Origin: Deferribacterales bacterium
GTDB lineage: Bacteria; Chrysiogenota; Deferribacteres; Deferribacterales; Geovibrionaceae
Length of the DNA: 64,000 nucleotides
Direction: 5' to 3'
Assembly (NCBI GenBank): GCA_050251875.1
Contig: JBFWMA010000003.1
Location: 1-64,000 of the forward strand
A model generated the notes under the pieces. That model was not told where the DNA came from and made no database searches. It saw nothing but the letters and a program-made list of their open reading frames with translations. A program made the translations under genes and the position numbers. Positions within the stretch are counted from its first letter, which is position 1. Every line of letters starts with the position of its first letter. Positions 9,927 through 19,875 of this stretch are shown one piece after another.

Positions 9927-10418
9927 TTAGTTTTTCAGGTTAACGAACTGAACCGGAACATCCAGATCGGATGTCTTCATGATCTGCATAACAGCTTGAA
10001 GATCATCAATTTTCTTGCCCTCCACCCTGACACGTTCATCCATTATGGAGGCGTTCACTTTCAGTTTGGAGTCTTTTATCATCTTCACTATCTTTTTGGC
10101 GTTGTCTTTGCCCAGCCCCTCTTCGATTTTGATCTCAAATTTTTTGTGACCTTTCGATGTGTTCTCCGGCTCGCCGAAGCTGAAAACACGGCTGTCGATA
10201 TTTCTCTTAACCCCGTGTTTTATCATCATCTCTTTGATAGCCTGACATTTCATCTCGTCAGACGTTGTTATTTTCACTATTTTATCTTTTTTATTCAGGT
10301 CGATTTCAGTGTCTGAGCCTCTGAAGTCGAATCTTCCCTCGCACTCTTTTTTCACAAGGTTGACGGTGTTGTCCAGCTCCTGAATATCTATCTCGTTCAC
10401 TATGTCAAATGACGGCAT
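9927..10418 (-). CDS. yajQ: YajQ family nucleotide/c-di-GMP-binding protein
   Basis: MPSFDIV start, RFDF, RVEGKKIDDLQ, QFVN end. Confidence 0.95.
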   Translation of the reverse strand: MPSFDIVNEIDIQELDNTVNLVKKECEGRFDFRGSDTEIDLNKKDKIVKITTSDEMKCQAIKEMMIKHGVKRNIDSRVFSFGEPENTSKGHKKFEIKIEEGLGKDNAKKIVKMIKDSKLKVNASIMDERVRVEGKKIDDLQAVMQIMKTSDLDVPVQFVNLKN

Positions 10419-10460
10419 AATGTCCTCCGGCGTAAAATTTGTAAGTTATACAAATAATCA

Positions 10461-10488
10461 TTGATTTTAGTTCTATGCAAGATAAAAT
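10461..10488 (+). promoter_or_regulatory. sigma70-type promoter abutting the oxidoreductase start codon
   Basis: TTGATT-N16-TAAAAT-N6-ATG, with no SD sequence. Confidence 0.45.
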
Positions 10489-10494
10489 TGCCCC

Positions 10495-12153
10495 ATGAAC
10501 ACATTTTGCAGTAAAGACTGCCCCGACCTGTGCGCTCTCAAAGCACAGATAACAAACGGTAAACTAAAAACAGAAGGCAAGAAGGAAAACTGGCAGAGCG
10601 CCGGTTTTGTCTGCGCTAAATTCAAAGTATTCGCAGAACGGGAGATAGGCAATTCCATCCGTTCATACCGCATGATCTGCGGACAGAAAGAGGAATTTCA
10701 GTCCGACACGGAAGCTCTGGACGCTGTTTCCAATATGCTCAGGGAATACAGAAACAAAAAAATACTCTATGTCAAAGGATCCGGCAGCCTTGCTTATAAC
10801 ATGGGCTACTGGGATGTCCTGATGAGCGGTTTCGAAAACTGCTATAAAATAACCGGAGGAGTCTGCGACAACACAGGCGATGACGCCCACGAGGCTGATT
10901 TCGGCACAGGGCTGAATCCGCCCGTGGAAAACCTTCAGAGCGCCGACACCATAATCCTCTTCGGAAAAAATGCCGCAGTCATCAGCCAGCACCTCTACAG
11001 CTATCTGAAAGACCTGAAAAAATCCGGCAAAAAGATAATATACATCGACCCGGTGAGAACAAAAACAGCGGAGATAGCCGACAGATACATCCGCATCAAC
11101 CCCGGATGTGACGGACTGCTGGCATATGCCCTGCTCTGTTCACTCGGATACGAAAAATCTGAATATGCGCATGAATATCTAAAAATATCAGATATTAGCA
11201 ATGATGATTTTCAATATCTGCACAGCAGTATCTCAGACAAAACAGCCTTCATCGAAGGTTTCGGGATACAGAGGCAGACCAACGGAATGAACGCCGTGAG
11301 GCTCATAAACCGTCTGGCTGTGAAAACCGGAAACATGGACAGGCTGTATTACGGTCACGGGTCAAAGCGGTTCTGGGAATCGCTCCCGACAAAATTCAAT
11401 AACTTCGTACATATAGACGAGGCGGCGCAGAGGCTGGCATCCGGCGAGTTCGATCTTTTCATCAACGTGGCGGCGAACCCAGCCATGACATATCCGGACG
11501 CCAAAAACTGGGTGAAAGGGATCAGCAGCACACCCACAATAGTTGTGGACACCTGCCTAACCAGAACATCTGAAGACTGCGACCTTTTTCTGAAAGTCGG
11601 CGGGATGTTCGCCCAGAAAGACTTCATGGCGAGCTATTTCTTCGAGCATTTTCATGTCAGAGAGAGCCTCACAGACGAGCTTTCCGACATGGACGCCGCA
11701 AAACACATAGCCGGACGGCTGAATATTCCGCTGGAGTTCACATCGCCCGGAGCCAAACCGCTCGGCAGAAGAGTTTATGCGGACGAACCCATAGAGCCCA
11801 TGCTTCCGGAGACGTCCGACAGATTTCAGCTTTTCAGCGCATCGCACCATCTCTATCTGAACTCTCAGCACACGCCGGAGATAGCGGACAGGCTGAAAAC
11901 AGTGATGATAAATCCTCATGACGCTGAAAAACTGGACGTGAAAAACGGCGATGAGCTGACTGTGGAGAATGAATACGGATATTTTAAGGCGGACGCAGTG
12001 ATTACTGACGATGTGCCGGAGAAACTGATCCTCTGCTGGAAAAATCTGCCGATGAAAGAAGGATATATTAACGACATGATACCGCCCCGGCTCACGGATT
12101 CCGGAAACGGCATGGTATATTACACAGTATTCGCTGACGTCAGAAAGAGCTGA
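10495..12153 (+). CDS. Molybdopterin-dependent oxidoreductase (DMSO reductase superfamily), substrate unknown
   Basis: N-terminal CSKDCPDLC..C Fe-S motif, IDPVRTKTA, INPGCDG, C-terminal INPHDAEKLDVKNGD dinucleotide-binding domain. No Tat signal. Confidence 0.85.
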   Translation: MNTFCSKDCPDLCALKAQITNGKLKTEGKKENWQSAGFVCAKFKVFAEREIGNSIRSYRMICGQKEEFQSDTEALDAVSNMLREYRNKKILYVKGSGSLAYNMGYWDVLMSGFENCYKITGGVCDNTGDDAHEADFGTGLNPPVENLQSADTIILFGKNAAVISQHLYSYLKDLKKSGKKIIYIDPVRTKTAEIADRYIRINPGCDGLLAYALLCSLGYEKSEYAHEYLKISDISNDDFQYLHSSISDKTAFIEGFGIQRQTNGMNAVRLINRLAVKTGNMDRLYYGHGSKRFWESLPTKFNNFVHIDEAAQRLASGEFDLFINVAANPAMTYPDAKNWVKGISSTPTIVVDTCLTRTSEDCDLFLKVGGMFAQKDFMASYFFEHFHVRESLTDELSDMDAAKHIAGRLNIPLEFTSPGAKPLGRRVYADEPIEPMLPETSDRFQLFSASHHLYLNSQHTPEIADRLKTVMINPHDAEKLDVKNGDELTVENEYGYFKADAVITDDVPEKLILCWKNLPMKEGYINDMIPPRLTDSGNGMVYYTVFADVRKS

Positions 12154-12679
12154 TTAACTCCCTGATCTCTTTCAGCTCTTTATAAAAACCGATGCCTGCC
12201 ACCCCGGCGTATCCCATATTCCGGAGCTGTGACACGTTCGACAGGTTTATGCCGCCCAGAGCGTATATCTCTCTGTGCAGACCGCTCACATCCGGAACGC
12301 CCAGAGGTTTTACCTCATAGTCTTTCTTTGTCATGAAGATGGGGCTCAGGGTATAGTAGTCCGCCTCGATAGACTCTATCTCCTCTATGGAATGAGCGGA
12401 ATAACCCCTTATCAGCTTAGGAATTTCGGTCACATATGTGTCCCGGTTCAGGTGCGCTCCGGTCAGCCCGCACATAACGGCGATGACAGGTTTTCCGGAC
12501 AGCACTATGTCCATATCGGGCAGGGCTTTCTTCAGCCTGCCGCACTCTTTCACCATCAGGTCGTCACTGACATTCTTAATGCGGAACCACAGCCTGTCGG
12601 CATAGCGGGCGGACATCACGGCGATGTCCAGCCAGCCTTCACCGAAAGTCTGATAATCAATGACCTGTATTATCTTCAT
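12140..12679 (-). CDS. Thiamine-phosphate synthase-like (ThiE/TenI family) protein
   Basis: SAHSIEE, DYYTLSPIF and YALGGI motifs. Start uncertain (12679 or 12694). Confidence 0.7.
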   Translation of the reverse strand: MKIIQVIDYQTFGEGWLDIAVMSARYADRLWFRIKNVSDDLMVKECGRLKKALPDMDIVLSGKPVIAVMCGLTGAHLNRDTYVTEIPKLIRGYSAHSIEEIESIEADYYTLSPIFMTKKDYEVKPLGVPDVSGLHREIYALGGINLSNVSQLRNMGYAGVAGIGFYKELKEIRELISSF

Positions 12680-15527
12680 TGCCGTACCATTCAAAAATAC
12701 GCTTGAAAGCGCCTCTCACCGATCTTCTGATGTTCTGGTATTCGTCCACCAGAGAGCTTCCGTCCGACTTGTAGCCGAAAAATTCGCTGAGTTTGTCCAG
12801 CAGCTTCTCATCCTTCGGCAGACGGGACGTATCTGTGTTTTCATATATCCGCACCAGATTTTCCAGATGGCGGAAGAACAGATACCCCTTGTGCAGGGCA
12901 TAGAAATCACGGCTGTTAATCAGATCTAGATCTTTGAACGAGTGCAGGGCGTCATGGGTGTTCGGAGTGTGCAGTTCATCATATCTGCATCCGAACATAA
13001 GCTGGAGCATCTGTGCCGAAAACTCTATGTCCAGAAGCCCGCCGTATCCCGCCTTGATATCGTTCTTCTCATACGGCATGCCCTTTTCGCCCTCTATGCG
13101 CATACGCATGTCATATACCTCTTTCACCCCGTTGTTGCCTATGTTGCACACATAGATTGACTCGGATTTTATCCTGTTGAATTCCGGCGCCAGTTCGGAT
13201 GAATAGTTGATTACGCTGGAGCGCATCAGCGCCTGTTTTTCCCACAGCATGGCGGATTTTTTCTGATAATCCTCGAAACCGGCTATGGTCGTCACCAGTG
13301 TTCCGCTGGAACCGCTGGGGCGCAGACGCATATCCGTCTTATACAGATATCCGTTGTGGGTATATGTGCTGAGAAATGTTATGCCTCTCTGCACCATTTT
13401 GGAGTAAAACTCCTGATTGGTTATGGATTTCTCGCCGTCTGTATTTCCATAGTCTTCATAGAGAAATATCAGGTCGATATCGGAGCCGAAGCTCATCTCC
13501 ACACTGCCCACCTTGCCCATGCCTATCAGCAGATATCCGCAGCCTTTGCCGTCCTTCGTCTTCGGGTGACCGTATCTCTCCGCCAGCTGGTCGTATGTGT
13601 ATGAAAAGGCGAAATCCACTGTACCCCTCGCCAGCTCGGTCAGGGATGTCATGGTGTCTATGATATTGCTCTTTTTGTTCAGATAGGCGTATCCGGCGTT
13701 GAATATGAACGTCTTGTGCCTGATCCTCGCCGCTTCCGGCACCAGCTCCGGTTCCTCGGCATATTTCGCCGTAACCGCCTGAAAATCCGCCTTCACGCTG
13801 TCCGCTTTGAAATCTATGCTCTTAGGGTCATAGATATAGTCCAGAAGATCACGGTTGCCCATTATCTGGTCTGTCAGATATCGGCTGTATGAGAATATGT
13901 TAATCAGCTTGGTAATGATATAAGGCGCCTCGGTAAAGATATCGTGGAGCATGTATATCGTGGTGCCTCCGGTGAACATCCTTTCGAAGTTCAGCAGAAC
14001 ACCCGTGCTGTCGGTTTTATCCGCCAGCTCTTTGATAATCATAATCAGCAGACTCTTGAGAATCTGCCTGTCGCTCACGGGTCGGGGACGGTTTTTCTGT
14101 CCCTGCATTATGCGCCTGATTATTTTGATACACTCCGCCGGTTCTCTCAGCCTGAACTGCCTTAGAACAGCCGCCGCCTCTTCATCCGACAGCTCCTCAT
14201 CGAATATCAGCATGATGCCCTCTTCTGTGCCTGCGTCTTTGAAAAGACTGGCAAACTCGGCATTGACCCTTTTCGTCACCTCGGCATATCGTTTGTTGAA
14301 CGCATCTGCGGAGGTAAACCCGCATCTCTCCAGATAAAGAGGAAAAGTCTCGGAAGTCTCCGGAACTATATGCGTCTGGCGCTCGTTCTCTATCTGAACC
14401 ATGTGTTCCAGTTTTCTGAGGAAGCAGTAGGATTCCGCCAGCATTTTGGCCGTCTCCCTGTGCATAACTCCCTGATTCGCCAGAATATCCAGACTTTTCA
14501 GCGTGTTATGGTTATAAACATCCTTATTTGATGGATAATGGACTATCTGAAACGTCTGCACCACGAACTCTATCTCGCGGATGCCTCCGTATCCCAGCTT
14601 AACATGTTTTATGTTAGCGCCTTTCAGATCCACTCTCTTGTTTATCTTTTTCTTAATATCCTGAAGCTCCTGCATCAGGTTATAATCCAGACTCCTGCGG
14701 AAGACGAACGGTCTGACGGCGTTCAGAAACGCCTCGCCAACTTCCTTCGACCCCGCCACCGGAAGAGCCTTGAGCAGCATCATCCTCTCCCAGCTCTGTC
14801 CGTATGTTTCATAAAACATCTCATAGCTCCGGACAGGCAGCGCCAGGGCGCCTCTGTCCCCGTCCGGACGCAGACGCAGATCCACACGGAAGACTATGCC
14901 GTTTTTCGTCCTTTCGCCTATGCAGTGGGTTATCTTCTCCGCCATCTTGGTGAAGTAGATATGGTTCTCTATGCTCTGCTCGCCGTCTGTTTTTCCAAGA
15001 TCGGAGCCGTATACATACATTATGTCGATGTCGGAGCTGAAATTCAGCTCCCATCCGCCCAGCTTTCCCAGACCGATCACGCAGAAGCCAACTTCCCGCC
15101 CATCTTCGTCTCTGGGCGTGCCGTGTATACTTTTCAGCTGGTGGCTGTAATAATAATACGCCGCCTCGCAGGCAGACGCCGCCACAGATGAGACATGGGC
15201 GGTGATATCAGCGCATCCGGCGCCGAAACAGAGATCAGACGCCGCAATGTTTGCGTATTCCCGCATCTTCACTATGCGCAGATGTTCCATGAAATCCTCT
15301 TCAGACATGGACAGTACGTCCATCTCGAAGATATCTTCCAGAATGGAATATTTGTTTCTCTGCACTTTAAACTTTCTGACTATGGCGTGGAACTCATGGG
15401 GATTACGAAGCATCCACTGCCCGATATACTCCGAGTGTCTGGCGACATACGCCAGCACTCTGCTGTCGCTGGGGGAGAGTCCCGCTTCCAGCGCAGCCTG
15501 TTCTGTCTGTTGCTCTCGTGAGGTCAT
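12657..15527 (-). CDS. glnE: Bifunctional glutamine synthetase adenylyltransferase/adenylyl-removing enzyme
   Basis: Two nucleotidyltransferase repeats (GLGKLGGWELNFSSDID..VDLRLRPDG and GMGKVGSVEMSFGSDID..DMRLRPSG). ATG 15527 overlaps the upstream TGA. Confidence 0.93.
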   Translation of the reverse strand: MTSREQQTEQAALEAGLSPSDSRVLAYVARHSEYIGQWMLRNPHEFHAIVRKFKVQRNKYSILEDIFEMDVLSMSEEDFMEHLRIVKMREYANIAASDLCFGAGCADITAHVSSVAASACEAAYYYYSHQLKSIHGTPRDEDGREVGFCVIGLGKLGGWELNFSSDIDIMYVYGSDLGKTDGEQSIENHIYFTKMAEKITHCIGERTKNGIVFRVDLRLRPDGDRGALALPVRSYEMFYETYGQSWERMMLLKALPVAGSKEVGEAFLNAVRPFVFRRSLDYNLMQELQDIKKKINKRVDLKGANIKHVKLGYGGIREIEFVVQTFQIVHYPSNKDVYNHNTLKSLDILANQGVMHRETAKMLAESYCFLRKLEHMVQIENERQTHIVPETSETFPLYLERCGFTSADAFNKRYAEVTKRVNAEFASLFKDAGTEEGIMLIFDEELSDEEAAAVLRQFRLREPAECIKIIRRIMQGQKNRPRPVSDRQILKSLLIMIIKELADKTDSTGVLLNFERMFTGGTTIYMLHDIFTEAPYIITKLINIFSYSRYLTDQIMGNRDLLDYIYDPKSIDFKADSVKADFQAVTAKYAEEPELVPEAARIRHKTFIFNAGYAYLNKKSNIIDTMTSLTELARGTVDFAFSYTYDQLAERYGHPKTKDGKGCGYLLIGMGKVGSVEMSFGSDIDLIFLYEDYGNTDGEKSITNQEFYSKMVQRGITFLSTYTHNGYLYKTDMRLRPSGSSGTLVTTIAGFEDYQKKSAMLWEKQALMRSSVINYSSELAPEFNRIKSESIYVCNIGNNGVKEVYDMRMRIEGEKGMPYEKNDIKAGYGGLLDIEFSAQMLQLMFGCRYDELHTPNTHDALHSFKDLDLINSRDFYALHKGYLFFRHLENLVRIYENTDTSRLPKDEKLLDKLSEFFGYKSDGSSLVDEYQNIRRSVRGAFKRIFEWYGNEDNTGH

Positions 15528-17479
15528 TTTGACTCCGGAATCATTATTATAAATTCGCACCCGTCACCCTGAGTGCTTACCACATCCACCATACCGCCGC
15601 AGTCAATCACAACCTGCTTCACCGTGGCGAGCCCCAGACCCGTTCCTTTTCCTTTTGTTGTGTAGAAGGGTCTGAAGATATTCTTTATCTCTTCCGGCTT
15701 AATGCCCTTGCCTGTGTCACGGACACTCAGACGGAAAAACCGCCCGAACGCCTTCTCCTCCACATCTGTTGTTATGCGGATCACGCCTCTGTTGTCCATG
15801 GCATCGGAAGCGTTCTGACAAAGGTTTACAATAAGCTGTATATATCTGCTCTCATTCATTTTTATCATAGACTCGCCTGATTTGTCACTATACTCTATAG
15901 AAACGTCAGACGGCAGTATGTGTCCTGTTATCTCTATGGCGTTCTTGGTTAGTGCCGATCCGGACATCACCACGGACGGTTTTTCCGAGCTCTTTGTGCT
16001 TTTAAGTACCCCGTCCAGATAGAGCCTGGCTCCCTCCACAATGGCGCTGATACTCTCCAGATGTTTCCCTCTCTTCTCCGTGTCGTCTGTTCTGTCCGCC
16101 AGACTGTACTGAAAGGCGATATTCTGAAGAATATTGCCGAAATCGTGCGCCATTCCGGCGGCGAGAGTCCCCACCTCTTCTCTCTTCTGATCCTGATAGA
16201 ACGATCTGTGCGCTCTTTTGAACTCTGTCAGGTCGGTGAAGGATGTCAGAAGGGCGCTTCCATCCCTTATGTGCATGCGGGTGGTGCTCACCGCCACGTT
16301 CACGGATGTTCCGTCATCTTTCATCAGCGTATATTCGCCCATATTCTCCACTATTCCGGTGGGGATTGACTTCACCTCGTGGATAAACTTCTCCCTTTCC
16401 TTCACAACGTCATACAGCATCCGGCTGCTTCCGTCTTTTATCAGCTCCAGAAACTTTTTGTTCTTATCTATTATCTGACCGTCATCCTGATACAGCACCA
16501 GATATTCGGGTATGGTTTTGAATATGCTCTCATATTTTGTTTTCAGGTTTTCCAGACGCTGACTGCGCTCCATAACTTCCATACCCAGATTTCTGTTCTT
16601 TCTGGCTATTTCCAGGATGATGAGGGTGAAGAGAAACACCACGGGCATGAAAATTATGTATGACATATACTGTTCGAGCCAGGGACAGCAGGCGGGAGCG
16701 ATCAGCTTGTTTATTTTTGATGTGCGGTATATCAGACAGAAGTCGGTTCCGCCTGAATTAAATGTATAGAAAGCGACCTTGGCGCCTTTATAGCTCACCA
16801 CGTCTCTTCCCGTTGTCTGTCTCATGTTCAGCATGTCTCTGGTCTCTCCGCTGACAGCCAGCTTCGGTTCGGAGAGGATAACCAGCTCTGTTCTGGCTCC
16901 GGCTATCCCGTTCTGCCACACAGACCCGTACATTTCTGAACTGCTCATACGGAAAAGATCGAACACGGCGCCGCTGAACCCCTCCTCGCTCATGAGAGGT
17001 ATCATGATAAGGTATTCGTCCGGGGTGTCCGCGCGGAAACCTCTTCTGAAAGACCCCAGATATATTTCGCCTGACAACAGAGCCGTTTTCAGGCTGTCCG
17101 GCAGATACTCCGTCATTCTGCTGATGTCCATAGAGTCGTCCACACTGCGCACCGGCTGAAAAAATCTGTTTACCTCGCCGACACTGAAGCCCGCTTCGAA
17201 ATCATAATGTTTTCTGATAAATTGAGCGTATTCGGCTATCGCCCTGTGCCTGATCTCGCTGTCGGATATGGAGCCGACTATCTGGAGCCTCTCCAGCCTT
17301 TCGGATATTATATGCTCCATGAAACTGCCGATGAGAACGGAATAGGACTTAGCCTCTGCCTCATATTTCTTTTCCGTGCTGTCATCGGTGTATATCCACA
17401 GAATCATGGCAAACAGAACAGAAACGGATATAACCAATGAACCAAGAACAAGCCTGCTCAGCGTTTTATACATATTCAC
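15524..17479 (-). CDS. Membrane PAS-domain sensor histidine kinase
   Basis: Two TM segments, PAS-like region, H-box AHDFGN, NLCQNA, DTGKGI, GTGLGL. Confidence 0.9.
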   Translation of the reverse strand: MNMYKTLSRLVLGSLVISVSVLFAMILWIYTDDSTEKKYEAEAKSYSVLIGSFMEHIISERLERLQIVGSISDSEIRHRAIAEYAQFIRKHYDFEAGFSVGEVNRFFQPVRSVDDSMDISRMTEYLPDSLKTALLSGEIYLGSFRRGFRADTPDEYLIMIPLMSEEGFSGAVFDLFRMSSSEMYGSVWQNGIAGARTELVILSEPKLAVSGETRDMLNMRQTTGRDVVSYKGAKVAFYTFNSGGTDFCLIYRTSKINKLIAPACCPWLEQYMSYIIFMPVVFLFTLIILEIARKNRNLGMEVMERSQRLENLKTKYESIFKTIPEYLVLYQDDGQIIDKNKKFLELIKDGSSRMLYDVVKEREKFIHEVKSIPTGIVENMGEYTLMKDDGTSVNVAVSTTRMHIRDGSALLTSFTDLTEFKRAHRSFYQDQKREEVGTLAAGMAHDFGNILQNIAFQYSLADRTDDTEKRGKHLESISAIVEGARLYLDGVLKSTKSSEKPSVVMSGSALTKNAIEITGHILPSDVSIEYSDKSGESMIKMNESRYIQLIVNLCQNASDAMDNRGVIRITTDVEEKAFGRFFRLSVRDTGKGIKPEEIKNIFRPFYTTKGKGTGLGLATVKQVVIDCGGMVDVVSTQGDGCEFIIMIPESK

Positions 17480-17573
17480 TTCTTAAAAAAAATTTATAGA
17501 CAACAGGACTTGACCCGCAAGCCGCTATGCCTTAATTTTAGAAAGCAAATCCTGATTACGCAAGAGGTATATC

Positions 17574-19409
17574 ATGTCAGACAAATTCAAAGCTCTCAGC
17601 GCCCCCGCCGCCGTTGTGAAAAACGCGGATAAACTACTGAAACCGACATCATACGATATCAGAGCCTATGTGGGCGAGCCCGGTGATTTTTTCAACGAGA
17701 AGGCGGTTCTCACCCCCGAGGCTATCAAAACCGTTGGAATAATACTGGCTTGTCAGGAATTTGTGCTGAAATCCGGCGTCAGAATGAGCATGAAGAAAGG
17801 CGACACCATCGTCATCGGATATGACAACGGTCCCACATCCAAAGCGCTGGCGGAAGCCATGGCGGAAGGAATGATATCTCAGGGCGTAAACGTATACGAC
17901 ATAGGCGTGTCGTCATCCGGTCAGGTGTATCAGAACCAGAACCAGCTCGGGGCGAAAGCCCATGTGCAGATAACACGCTCCCATGTGGAAGTCACCACCA
18001 ACGGAGCGAAATTCGGCATATCCACGCAGGGCGTCCACACATATCTTCTGGAACAGATGAATATTTTTCTGAAAGAAGGCTATCAGGTGCGTGATCTGGA
18101 CAGCTCGGAGTTCGGCAAAGTGACCGATAAAAAGCAGGAAGGACGTGATATTTATTTTTCAAAGATGAAAGATATCTATAAGAAATACTTCAATCAAAGG
18201 GATAACTCTATGGTCGCCGTGAATCTCTTCGGCGGCACAGGGCTTATGTATAAAGACCTGTTTCTGGATATTCTGGGCAGAGACACGCTCATTCTGGGTG
18301 AGGACACAGATGTTAACAGCGGCAAGGTGCTTGCCGACCCCACCAGAAAAGAGATGCTGGCTAAGGTAACCGGCGTTGGAAAAGCTCTGGAAAAAGGGAT
18401 GCGTGTTCACTCTTTCGATCTGGACGCCGACCGAGGCTCGCTGACCGAAGGGTCTGAGGCGCTCACCACATCCGGCACAGGACACTATCTGGGTGACGCT
18501 CTGGCGTTCATTCTCGCGGATTATAAAATGAAAGTCGCTCTGCCGGCTCTCAGAAAGGCTCTGGAAGAGCTGAAGATAAACAACACAAACATGAAAGCCA
18601 TAGAGGCGATAGCCAACACTTTCTACATAGACGCCAGATACACCGGCGCCGTGAAGCAGTATGTGGAATCCATGGGCGGAAAAACTATTTTTCATCCCAA
18701 GGGACACTCTCTGTGGAAAGAGACCATAACAGAGAACATGAAGCTGATGTCCGCTCTGGCGGGATTCGACACCATAGACGCTTTCGTACAGGCGACAGGA
18801 TACCGTGACCTGCAGATAGAGGCGAGCCTGCACTTCTTCTCCACCGATACGAAGGACGGCATCCCCAGAGATGACGCAGTGGAAAATATCTTCATTTTGG
18901 AGCAGATCATTGACGCTCTGGGCATCAAAAAACTCTCAGATTATTTCGAGGGTGTTCCGAAAAGATTCACCACAAAAGAAATACGCACCGTGGCGGCGAG
19001 CAACGAACAGAAAGACAGCATTACAGCGGACGCTGTAGCCGTTCTGCGCAACCTGTTCACTATAAAGGGCGGATGCGATATTACAGAATTCGAGGGACAG
19101 ATCAGAGTTGATTTTCCGGACGGATTCATCATGTACGGCATGTCAAACACATCGCCCAAGCTGACCTTTATGACCGAGGGCAACACGGAAGAGATGCGCA
19201 ACAACGCTCTTGCGTTCGTTCTGGCGCTTCATAACAGTCTGAAGAAACAATACGGAGACACAGACCCCATGGATCTTTCCGAAAACGATTTCTTCGTCAC
19301 GGACGCCACATATCACATGCCCGAGCCGGATAAGATAACTCTGAACAGCAAACAGGCTGACGATTTTGTGAAATACTGCGGATTCGATAAGAATATTTTA
19401 GATTTCTAA
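17574..19409 (+). CDS. Divergent alpha-D-phosphohexomutase (PMM/PGM-like)
   Basis: IVIGYD, phospho-Ser loop ITRSHVE..NGAK, metal loop FDLDADR, C-terminal SNTSPKL. Confidence 0.7.
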   Translation: MSDKFKALSAPAAVVKNADKLLKPTSYDIRAYVGEPGDFFNEKAVLTPEAIKTVGIILACQEFVLKSGVRMSMKKGDTIVIGYDNGPTSKALAEAMAEGMISQGVNVYDIGVSSSGQVYQNQNQLGAKAHVQITRSHVEVTTNGAKFGISTQGVHTYLLEQMNIFLKEGYQVRDLDSSEFGKVTDKKQEGRDIYFSKMKDIYKKYFNQRDNSMVAVNLFGGTGLMYKDLFLDILGRDTLILGEDTDVNSGKVLADPTRKEMLAKVTGVGKALEKGMRVHSFDLDADRGSLTEGSEALTTSGTGHYLGDALAFILADYKMKVALPALRKALEELKINNTNMKAIEAIANTFYIDARYTGAVKQYVESMGGKTIFHPKGHSLWKETITENMKLMSALAGFDTIDAFVQATGYRDLQIEASLHFFSTDTKDGIPRDDAVENIFILEQIIDALGIKKLSDYFEGVPKRFTTKEIRTVAASNEQKDSITADAVAVLRNLFTIKGGCDITEFEGQIRVDFPDGFIMYGMSNTSPKLTFMTEGNTEEMRNNALAFVLALHNSLKKQYGDTDPMDLSENDFFVTDATYHMPEPDKITLNSKQADDFVKYCGFDKNILDF

Positions 19410-19419
19410 GCAGGCTCTT

Positions 19420-19789
19420 GTCATTACGAGCCCTCGAAGAAGGCGTGGTAATCTCAACCGTGCATACAGTCCAAACATAATGAGATAGCCACGTTGCAAA
19501 GCTCCTCGTTATGACGGGAACCCGTGGACACGATATCATTTCTGAGGAAATATATTGTCATTACGAGCCTTCGAAGAAGGCGTGGTAATCTCAACCGTGC
19601 ATACAGTCCAAACATAATGAGATAGCCACGTCGCAAAGCTCCTCGCTATGACGTGAAACAGCGGACACCATATCATTTCTGAGGAAATATATTGTCATTA
19701 CGAGCCTTCGAAGAAGGCGTGGTAATCTCAACCGTGCATACGGTTCAAATATAATGAGATAGCCACGTCGCAAAGCTCCTCGCTATGAC
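19420..19789. repeat. Three tandem copies (period 137 bp) of family A palindromic element
   Basis: 96-bp cores at 19420-19515, 19557-19652 and 19694-19789 (GTCATTACGAG...CTCGCTATGAC), separated by two similar 41-bp linkers. Confidence 0.95.
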
Positions 19790-19848
19790 AGAAAAAGAAA
19801 AACTGTAAGATAGATTTGTTGAAGAACCGGAACTTTTTCCTGACCATG

Positions 19849-19875
19849 GCACCGGAAGATAAAGACTTCCGGTGC
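19849..19875 (-). terminator. Stem-loop directly after the lpxC stop
   Basis: GCACCGGAAG-N7-CTTCCGGTGC, without a clear U tract. Confidence 0.5.

Noticed and set aside
19297..19773. Small repeated ORFs (MRRGYLI...)
   Set aside because: They are translations of the palindromic repeat with no RBS or recognisable protein features.
19420..19789. CRISPR array
   Set aside because: The repeats are 96 bp, the linkers are largely identical to each other, there are no cas genes, and the same element occurs singly elsewhere.
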